From Bugula neritina (Eukaryota; Animalia; Bryozoa): DNA of 64,000 bases. This document shows, one piece after another, positions 14,701 to 26,700 of the stretch. The stretch is taken from positions 34,037,504-34,101,503 of the forward strand of contig OZ037765.1 in assembly GCA_964035545.1 (NCBI GenBank), in the 5' to 3' direction. The translations under genes and the position numbers were made by a program. Position 1 is the stretch's first letter, and every line of letters begins with the position of its first letter. Under the pieces are notes generated by a model, which was given only the letters and a program-made list of their open reading frames with translations, had not been told where the DNA came from and ran no database searches.

Positions 14701-17700
14701 CTGTATACTGTATACCTGTATACTATATACCTGTATACTATATACCTGTATACTATATACCTGTGTACCTGTATACTATATACCTGTATACTATATACCT
14801 GTATACTATGTACCTGTATACTATATACCTGTATACTATGTACCTGTATACTATATACCTGTATACTATATACCTGTATACTATATATACCTGTATACTA
14901 TATACCTGTATACTGTATACCTGTATACTATATACCTGTATACTATATACCTGTATACCTGTATACTATATACCTGTATACTATATACCTGTGTACCTGT
15001 ATACTATATACCTGTATACTATGTACCTGTATACTATGTACCTGTATACTATATACCTGTATACTATGTACCTGTATACTATGTACCTGTATATTATATA
15101 CCTGTATACTATATACCTGTATACTATATACCTGTATATTATATACCTGTATACTATATACCTGTATACTCTCTACCTGTACTCAGATATAGGGAGTCAA
15201 ACTCACTGATTAGCTTGCAGATGTGAGATAGAAAGCTACGAGTAATTAACAGCTTCAACTCACAGAAACTTGGTTCAATTTACAGCTGAGGTGAGATGTG
15301 GGCAGGTGCCGCTAGATATCACAAGACGCCAGCTAAGCAGACGTGTTACTAGCTCCATTTCCTGTTCGGAGGAAATCTGAAGCAACCATGTGCCGAGCTG
15401 GTGGCCGAAGAAAACACTTGCTCTGTTTACCCACGCGAGCCAATCAGCATTGAATGGCCGAGGTTACACACTTAGCCATGCAAGCAAGACTGAGGGACTA
15501 TATTTACAGTAAGGGGGCAGTCCACAGTTCTTCTCTTAATGTAATGATAAAGATTCGTTTTTGAAAATTTGAATTGAAAAAATTTCCTATCCCTGAGTTT
15601 CAAACGAATGCAATTTCTGATCAAATCGTATGTATAATGAATGTAGGTAGACTAGGGAATAAGCAGGTAGTAGAAGGTGGGCTAGGTAGTGGTAGGTGGG
15701 CTAGGTAGTGGCGCAGGTGGGCTAGGTAGTAGAAGGTGGGCTAAGTGGTGGTAGGTGGGCTAGGTGGTGGTAGGTATTTGTCTAAAACTGACCCTTGCAT
15801 TAGCTCAACTAGAAACTAGCCCTGACATGGCATACAGTCACTACCAATATTGAGACACTTCAAAGGAGCACACAACTCCTAGCACATATATAATATACTT
15901 CCAATAGTAAACAGCCAACGAATACGTAGGTTGTTGAAATTATTCAAATTTTTCCTCCACTACTACATAAGTTAGGTTTGACATGGGGAATATATATTTT
16001 GACAAAAGTGAGGCAAGTTTGAAAGACGGGTGTCTCTTTCCCAAAACACTCTCTTTCAGAATGACAAGACTAACTGACCAACAGTGTTGTGGATGTTTTG
16101 GTTTCGAGACTCGATTCAGTGCAGACTGGCTACAACTATTTATAGTAAATTCCTCACTTGAAGATATAGAAGAGAAATCAAGAGCAAGAGAGGACAACTT
16201 TAGGTGATCATAAATTACGAATTACTGCAACAAGAATCATCAGCTAGTGTGATGGCTACAGGCAAACACAAGGATAGCAGAAGTATGATGGAACTCATCT
16301 CTATACAATCTAGAGAGTTCTATTCAGTCTAGGAGCATTTCTACAGACTACCACAAACTGGATGCGAGTTGAAAGCACTGTACTGGTTATACTGGACATT
16401 ATATTATCTAGTATTCCACCAGAGCAAACAGCAATGGGAAGTGGAATCAATCCCTCCTTCTGATTAACAGCCACAGCTGAGTAACTCAACACAGGAAGGC
16501 AGTGAGCATTTGAATAAATGTTCACAGCCAATGGGATTTGGATCTCGGGCTATATAAAACTGTACTATAATGGCAACATACATGGTAGAAGACAACTCCT
16601 ATATTCCTTTAACATAAAATTACTTTTGATATTGAATATAACCATTTTCGCATCTGCCTGTTTATTTCATGGATGGATAGTTGATATGTGAAGGTACCTT
16701 GAGGAGTTGGTGCTGGTCAGAAGGTTTGGGTGTGGAGGAGGCTGGAGACACCTGAGTTGTGTCAGCACCTCTGTCAGCGGCAGCGCTGCTGCTCACAGAA
16801 GAGGACTGCTGCACGGTTGAGCACTCTAAACAGAAGCTGTGGAACTCGTCGTCGTCCTTGGCCTGGAGCAACTTCCTCAGCACCGTGTTTGGGTCATGCT
16901 TGCCGGCCGAACACATCATTGACCCGTTCACACTGACATCTACAGATACAGAGAGTGGAGTGACTCAGACATTTTACTGTCTCTGCCAATGAAACTGTAT
17001 TGAGCAAGCCGGACAGAAACCGGGGAAATTATTCTATTTTTAGCAGTTAGATTGAAGTTACAGGTTAGGACCAGTTCTAAACCCATAAATCACCATTTCA
17101 CAGTAGATGGAGCTGAGTGCACTTCACCTTCTTCGATGTAACTACACAGAATCAAGAGAGATTTGAACCCAGTGCCAGTACAGACTACACTTCAATATGA
17201 CCCGGCATCATCTTTCTGAAGTCTCAACTGTAATTTCATTAGCTGGCAGCTGAGAGCTGATTGGTTGAGCAGCTCTATTTACTCTACTTGCTACTAGCCA
17301 GCATTCTTATTTGATTAATTTGATTCGGTACTCATAAAATCTGATTAAATTATATTTGCAAATAAATATTTAGTCAGTAAATTTGACTGAATTTCAATTG
17401 TATATTTGGTTTATTTGGTTAATTTCTCTAAACGATGCTAGTGATTTTACATAACTGAAGCTAGTGATTTTGTATAACTGAAGCTAGTGAAAAGACTAGT
17501 GAATCTTCTTAAATTCTGCTAAATTTGACTATTGGTTGCGATGGGTAAAGCAGAAAATGCTTTTACAGCATGCTTATTGGTTAAAAATTAAGCTGTGGAA
17601 GTTATGCTATGACAGATCATTTTGCCCGGTAGTCTGAACGAGGCGTCACACCTTACCCACCCGCTCCAACTCAACCCTGAGTGAAGGAGAGTAAACACAC

Positions 17701-20700
17701 ATCATACTGAGAACTGACTCTACTTTATACTACCATTTACTAAAAACCCACCATATTTACAACTCTGTGTTTCTTTTAAGTTGAGTAGTAGCAAACAGGT
17801 GATGATAAAATTAATGTGTATGAGTTTACTACTTGAAGAGGTCATTGCACTGCTGGGTCACAGTTGACTGGTACATTTCCCTTATGGGTGTGTCCAAGGT
17901 GTCCTGGTGGGTGTGGTATACAGGTGTTACATTGTACTATTACCTCTAGCTGTCACATTGCACATCACTATGAGTGGGTAACTCCCGATACTACTCTAGT
18001 ACAGTAGTGGAGATATCTTACCAGAGGTAGTAGAGTAGGACAGGTTGACATTGTCCAGCTGCTGCAGAGTACTGTCAAATGAAGCCCGGCTTGTAAAGGT
18101 CCCCGTGTGGGAGGTAGTGCTGTCCACTGTAACAGAAGGGGTGTAGATGAGTACATACACCTAGGGGGAAGAGGGGGTTAACCACCAACCTAACGAGCCA
18201 ACTCTCTGACTGCATGTTTACAGACAAGAGTCAAAAGTTGGTGTACAAATATTCAAATGCTTCAAATATTGTATACGTTTATATTGATAACACAGGGCTT
18301 TCAGGGGACACAACTTCTACAACTTCTTATCGGTGACACTGAGATGAAGTTTTAACTGAACATTCAAATTTTCATAGTAAGTTTTCAACAAAATGGTGGT
18401 GGATTTTCGCCAGTTCACTGAATGGTGGGGCAACTTACACCATTTCTCATTGGTATATTCACTACGAATTTAAAGCAGACTTTTGGCTAGGACTTAACTG
18501 ACATAAAACAGTTAGTTACTGGTTGCAGTGTATGAGGTAAGCTATAGCTAGTGTAAACAGCACTAAAAGGATAGCCTACACAAACTAGTGATAGCTGAGA
18601 CATCCATAGACATAGAACTAGAGCTCGAGTGTTGAGTGGTGAGGGCTGGCCGCGTAGACTGAGAGACCGTCTGGTGAACTCGAATCTTGTCTCCGGAGCT
18701 GCCTCCGCTTGTGGGTGGTGTCATTGACCAGCCCATCCCGCTGTCACAAAGCTCATAGTTGCTGGAACTGGAGCTGTAAGTCAGTCTGGGAGATGGGTAG
18801 CAGTCATTGAAGTTGACGTCAGGGAGTTGGGGTACGCCTGCACCAAACACACGGCAATGTAAGTCACTGCGATGTATACATCATATGTATTTATATACAT
18901 CATATGTATTTATATACATCATATGTATTTATATACATCATATGTATTTATATACATCATATGTATTTATATTATATGTTATGTGAATATAATATATGGT
19001 GTCCCTAGAAGAGCAGTGAGTAGACAGAAGGGATGTACAAAGGTGTATGACACACACATAGTGTGAATTACATGAGGAAAAGGAAGACAACTCCTTCTAT
19101 TGAATAGACTAGACTGTTTTGGTACAACTAGCGTAGAGTCACACGATGCGAGATTCTCAAATTGCGAGAGAACCCGTCCCGTGAGTGACCTGCCACACAC
19201 AATGTGTGTGTTGCGAGTGCGGAAAATTATTAACTGATGATCTTGGAGTTTAAGTCTACTGTTTGCCTACAGAAGTTTGTTTTTAAACTACGTCATCGGC
19301 AAAGTGACTTTGATATTATAAAAGCGGAAATGCAAATTATATGAAACTGTTTCAATTCAGTTTTAAACTAAAATCTAAAACTTGAATTGAAATAAAAAAT
19401 TATGCTCGCTAAATGATAATAAGCCAATTGGATTAAACACGCACGAGCTTCCCGCACTTCTCGCTCAGCATGCTAGACGCATGAAAATCTCGAGACGTCC
19501 CACTTTTGGGCTAAACAGGTTTTCTTGCAAGTCACGCGTCAGTAAATCACGTCGTGTGGTGTGGCCCTACGCTAACAACCTAATGCCTGTTATACACAGA
19601 ATATAAATTATTCATGAAACATAGCAATGGCTATGCTGGAGAGAGGGGGAGGTGGAGAGAGGCATGGGGGAGGTGGATGGAGAGGGGAGAAAGAGAGAGG
19701 TGGATACTAGATAGAGAGAGGGGTGGAGAGAAGGTTAGAAAGTGGTGGAGAGAAGGTTAGAAAGTGGTGGAGAGAAGGTTAGAAAGTGGTGGAGAGAAGG
19801 GTAGAAAGGGGTGGAGAGAAGGGTAGAAAGGGGTGGAGAGAAGGATAGAAAGGGGAGGAGAGAAGGGTAGAAAGGGGTGGAGAGAGCTAACACAAACCAT
19901 GAGTGACGTCACCAACTACCAACCGTCACCTATCATGTTTAATCAACAAATGAACTAATTCTTGATTTGAACAAAAAACATGAAAATTCCTCTGGGAGAG
20001 AATGTGCATAGTGTAAGATAGTTGGCTGCTTGTCAGTTGTGAATATATTGATTGATAGTCACTGTCCACTCCGTCAACCCACAGGAAACCCAGTCACTGG
20101 TCTTCTGGAGTGTGCTATATATGTGTGCTATACTCTTCATGCTATACTCTGCATGCTATACTCTGCATGCTATACTCTGCATGCTATACTCTGTATGCTA
20201 TACTGTATACACTATACAGTATACACTGTGTGCTATACTATTTATACAGTATACAGCCTCACCTGACATCAACGTCATGCTGCTGAAACTGGTAGAGTTG
20301 TGGTGCTGCGAGGGGGTGGATAAGCTGCCACTTGGTAGCCTGTGGGTCCTCTGCAAGTGCTGGTGGTAGGGTGGGGGGCTGGCAGCGGGGAGCCGCGAGG
20401 TCTTGGCTGAGTACGGAGGAGAGTTGACTGGGTGTCCGGCAGCGTCCAGCAAGTCCTGCTGCCCAGTTGATACGGAACTCTGGGGCTGATGACTGCTGAC
20501 GGCTTTCATAAAACTAGTTGACGCTGACCCCTTCAACTCCGCCGGACTGCACTCCCTGTAATATATACAGTACACAGAGTAATATATACAGTACACAGAG
20601 TAATATATACAGTACACAGAGTAATATATACAGTACAGAGAGTAATATATACAGTACAGAGAGTAATATATACAGTATACAGAGTAATATATACAGTACA

Positions 20701-23671
20701 CAGAGTAATATATACAGTACAGAGGGTAATATATACAGTATACAGAGTAATATATACAGTACACAGAGTAATATATACAGTACACAGAGTAATATATACA
20801 GTACACAGAGTAATATATACAGTACACAGAGTAATATATACAGTACACAGAGTAATATATACAGTACACAGAGTAATATATACAGTACACAGAGTAATAT
20901 ATACAGTACACAGAGTAATATATACAGTACACAGAGTAATATATACAGTACACAGAGAGTAATATATACAATATGCAGAGTAATATATACAGTACACAGA
21001 GTAATATATACAGTACACAGAGTAATATATACAGTACACAGAGTAATATATACAGTACACAGAGTAATATATACAGTACACAGAGTAATATATACAGTAC
21101 ACAGAGTAATATATACAGTACACAGAGTAATATATACAGTATACAGAGTAATATATACAGTACACAGAGTAATATATACAGTACAGAGGGTAATATATAC
21201 AGTATACAGAGTAATATATACAGTACACAGAGTAATATATACAGTACACAGAGTAATATATACAGTACACAGAGTAATATATACAGTACGCAGAGTAATA
21301 TATACAGTACACAGAGTAATATATACAGTACACAGAGTAATATATACAGTACACAGAGTAATATATACAGTACACAGAGTAATATATACAGTACACAGAG
21401 TAATATATACAGTACACAGAGAGTAATATATACAATATGCAGAGTAATATATACAGTACACAGAGTAATATATACAGTACACAGAGTAATATATACAGTA
21501 CACAGAGTAATATATACAGTACACAGAGTAATATATACAGTACACAGAGTAATATATACAGTACACAGAGTAATATATACAGTACACAGAGTAATATATA
21601 CAGTACACAGAGTAATATATACAGTACACAGAGTAATATATACAGTACACAGAGTAATATATACAGTACACAGAGTAATATATACAGTACACGGAGTAAT
21701 ATATACAGTACACAAAGTAATATATACAGTACACAGAGTAATATATACAGTACACAGAGTAATATATACAGTACACGGAGTAATATATACAGTACACGGA
21801 GTAATATATACAGTACATAGAGTAATATACAGTATACAGAGTAATATATACAGTACACAGAGTAATATATACAGTACACAGAGTAATATATACAGTACAC
21901 AGAGTAATATATACAGTACACAGGGTAATATATACAGTACACAGAGTAATATATACAGTACACAGAGTAATATATACAGTACACAGAGTAATATATACAG
22001 TACACAGAGTAATATATACAGTACACAGAGTAATATATACAGTACGCAGAGTAATATATACAGTACACAGAGTAATATATACAGTACACAGAGTAATATA
22101 TACAGTACACAGAGTAATATATACAGTACACAGAGTAATATATACAGTACACAGAGTAATATATACAGTACACGGAGTAATATATACAGTACACAAAGTA
22201 ATATATACAGTACACAGAGTAATATATACAGTACACAGAGTAATATATACAGTACGCAGAGTAATATATACAGTACGCAGAGTAATATATACAGTACACA
22301 GAGTAATATATACAGTATACAGAGTAATATATACAGTACGCAGAGTAATATATACAGTACGCAGAGTAATATATACAGTACGCAGAGTAATATATACAGT
22401 ATACAGAGTAATATATACAGTACGCAGAGTAATATATACAGTACGCAGAGTAATATATACAGTACGCAGAGTAATATATACAGTACACAGAGTAATATAT
22501 ACAGTACACAGAGTAATATACACAGTACACGGAGTAATATATACAGTACACAGAGTAATATATACAGTACACAGAGTAATATATACAGTACACAGAGTAA
22601 TATATACAGTACACAGAGTAATATATACAGTACACAGAGTAATATATACAGTACGCAGAGTAACATATACAGTACACAGAGTAATATATACAGTACACAG
22701 AGTAATATATACAGTACACACAGAGTAATATATACAGTACAGAGAGTAATATATACAGTACACAGAGTAATATATACAGTACACAGAGTAATATATACAG
22801 TACACAGAGTAATATATACAGTACACAGAGTAATATATACAGTACACAGAGTAATATATACAGTGCACAGAGTAATATATACAGTACACAGAGTAATATA
22901 TACAGTGCACAGAGTAATATATACAGTACACAGAGTAATATACACAGTACACACAACAGAGCTTTGAGTGGCAGCAGACTACAACAACTTGGCAAGTAGC
23001 CAACAGAACTCATTCATGGGCCTGTGGTTGACAGTGATAGTAGCACTATTAGCAGCATAAATGATAGTAGTAGTAGTAGTACTAGTAGTACTAGTACTAG
23101 TGGTGGTGGTGGTGGTGGTGGTAGTAGTAGTAGTAGCAGCAGCAGTACTAGTACTAGTAGTACTAGTACTAGCAGTAGTAGTAGCACTAGTAGTAGTAAC
23201 ACTAGTAGTAGTAGCAGCAGCAGCAGTAGTAGTGGTAGTAGCAGCACTAGTACTAATACTAACAGTAGCAGTAAAATGAGTACAAGTAGAGCGTAATATG
23301 AATGATGTATATCCAATAAGTCACAATAGGTTTCCATTCAATCAAAATTGAAAGCAAAGCAATAATTCACTGCCCAGGTTATTCATAACAGCAAGAAGAA
23401 TAGAGGAAAGTGTATCATTCACTGAAATCCGATATGTCACGTGGACTAAGGAGGCATGCCATGCCCTAGGACTGTAGCGAGCAAACAGAGTCCTCAGTGC
23501 AGACGATACTATGTTCCACAACACAGCGTGGCTGAAATACCACAGCGACCTTTTTCTATTAGTTTATAAATAACACTGACATGTTTAAAAAGGTAATAAA
23601 CATTTCTACTGGAAGTCATTCAGTAAACTGGTTTTGGTTCTGTTTCTGGAGAGATAGGGAGAGAGAGAGAT

Positions 23672-23741
<70 letters not shown>

Positions 23742-26700
23742 GAGATGGCTGTAAAGTACAATTAGAAAGTAAGGCTGTCATTGGCCGCCCTGTTATCAGC
23801 TTGCAGTAGCTGTTGAGACCATCACTTGACACTTAACTTCTTATCAGTAGGCTGGACTGTTTGCACACCTTTCAATCAGCTACCTGGGGCTCACACCTTC
23901 CCTAACCCTTTCTTGTGTGTTTAAATAGCACGTTAGATAACATAGCAAGTGCAGCATTGGCTGTTTGTCATAAGTTACACACATCCTACAGTACTACAAC
24001 ATAGAAATGCACTTACACTTGCCCTAATAATATTTACATTTTACCTAATAGTGCCTAACCTAACCACACTTACGCATGACCTAACCACACTTACACTTGA
24101 CTGAAGAACTTACTTGAGTATGGAATGTTTGGAGAGTATGAACAGAGAACTCTGGGACTCAGCAGAAGTCAGGTGGCTGCAGGTCTGTACGAACACATGT
24201 TGTGTGCTGCCGAGTTTCAGCCGATATATGCTGCTGCTGTGACTGTGGGACAAGCTACTACTCCCAACTACAAGAGAAGCAATTTCACAATTGACCTCTA
24301 GCTATGCTCATTACACACGGTTATAAAGGAAACTGTAGAGAGCATTGGGTCCGGCACATCACAGAGATTCAGTGGTCTGCATAGGTTACTCCTGTAACCA
24401 CCAATAGCACTAACAAGGAACACCAAACCATACCAAGTCCAGAGTTATGGTCATAATCTGAGAATAAAGTTGATGTTGGCTTCCTACTTAACAGGAAATA
24501 TAAATTATAACTGTTCCAGTTTCCACCATCGAGTAGAGATAGGAAAATGCCCTCAGCTGCACAGTAAACTGCTATAAACTACACTATAGATTGGAGGGCA
24601 GCTGGTAACTATGCTATAGGAATTATAGCTAGGTTACTAATCATTGTTTTACTTTATAATTCAAATTGGTTGGCAGTAATTGCTTATATCTTTTGAAAGT
24701 TTGATCAATCCTGGGTTATATTAGGAAAGAGCAATTGAAAAGAACTAACGGCATCCATTCAAGAAGAATTTAGGTTGAAAAGGTGTAATAGCTGCTACAG
24801 AGGTGCGTGAGCTGTTAAATGAAGTAGATATTGGACATAGTGGACACTGACTCCAGGACACATTACTTCCTTCCAGAACACATTACTTCCTTCCAGAACA
24901 CATTACTTCCTCCCAGGACACATTACTTCCTTCCAGAACACATTACTTCCTTCCAGAACACATTATTTCCTCCCAGAACACATTACTTCCTTCCAGAACA
25001 CATTACTTCCTTCCAGAACACATTACTTCTAGTTTATCCTTTTAGACAATGTCTAGGTGTGAAGAGGTGATATTGACAAGTCCACTGCTTAATGAGCTTT
25101 CATGATTTGCCAACATCTCACCTCAATCTTAGGTAACAATGGCACAGGTAACAATGGCACAGGTAACAATGGCACAGGTAATAATGGCACAGGTAATAAT
25201 GGCACAGGTAATAATGGCACAAATGGAAAAGTAGGTAAACATGGCACACTGATGTTAAATTTTCCCAAACCCCCATCGCATAATCTAAACCCCTTCTAAA
25301 CCCCCCAACCCAAACCTCAAACTCTAATTTTGAAACGTGCCATTTGTGCCATTTGTGCCATTATTACCTGACACCATCTCCCCTCACCTATACATAACTA
25401 GTTGCCATCACAACATCTCACTTGGCTAATAAAATTCCTTCCTGTACAACACTACTAGAGTACCAGTTGCCCTGTTACTAGAAGGTGCAGTCAAATAGGA
25501 CGCCATTTTCTCTTTCCCTGCAGCCAATCACGGAGTTAGCGAACAGAGTGGTTGTATCTGGTTGTAGCAGTGAGTCATGGACAAGCCATGTTACTGGAGT
25601 TACACTGGAAGGGGAAAGCCGCCCACAAAACCATATAATAAGCATGTAAATCATCAGCTACTCTGCCAACCCAGAAGTGCTGGCAGGTGGGGATCAAATC
25701 ACACGTTCCCACTAGTATGGTCGAATTCTCTTCCCAAATCCATTCCAGAAATTACGAGGAAAGCTCTACTTCTTCTGGAGCATGTTTTAAGTATGGACTT
25801 GAGCATGCTTCAAGTATGAACTTGAGCATCCCAGTAGACTTGGCAAAGAAATTCCAGTCTGACATATAAAACTTTACTCAAACAGAAAGAAGTAACTCTT
25901 ACAGATACTCGGTTCTACCCCTTACAATCCAACACCATTTTTGGCTCTCTTACAAACATCCCATGGGCCATAGTTGAAACAATTGGCAAATTTTAATAGA
26001 TTCTTAATTCATCCAGAGATATGTTAATAAATTTAAACCAGCATATGTCATAAAGTTACTATTCTTTCAACAGTATCACTATATCATAGTTACTAACTAT
26101 TACTCAGTACTATAACACTATATCATAGTTACTAACTATTACTCAGTACTATAACACTATATCATAGTTACTAACTATTACTCAGTACTACACTAACACT
26201 ATATCATAGTTACTAACTATTACTCAGTACTATAACACTAACACACTCACTATCTTGTAGCAACTCTCAACAAGGAAGACAAAATAACCATATTACGCCT
26301 ACACCAAGCTATAAATAGAACTGATATTGTCAGGTAACACATACACTACCTGCAGGCCACACAAACTAGCAGCTGATGTATAATGACAAACACAGCAGCA
26401 TACAGGGACCCAGCTGCTAAAACATGGCCGCTTGTCACGAGGTATCACCTTTCTGTTCAGATTTACCAAATCCCTTTGAAGTAGACTAAATGTGCAAAGT
26501 CATCACACACTGACCAATCACATGCCTCCAACTGGTTAACAAAGCTCCTTGCAACTTTCTAACTGGTTGAGAACTGCTGGTATGGAAGGTTGACTTCAAA
26601 AGGGACAGAAAACTTCACTGCCATAAAATTCACAGAGAAAATTCTTCAAGTTGAGCAGAGAAATGGGCCAGTGAGAAATGGGCCAGTGAGAAATGGGCCA

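Noticed and set aside
20198-23013. ORFs of 918, 829, 826, 664 and 302 aa
   Set aside because: Translations of a stop-poor 21-bp minisatellite, open in several frames on both strands; only 20555-20263 is a credible exon.
25687-25975. Possible hAT transposase C-terminal remnant (PEITRKALLLL)
   Set aside because: Similarity too short and degenerate, no TIRs found; needs an HMM search.
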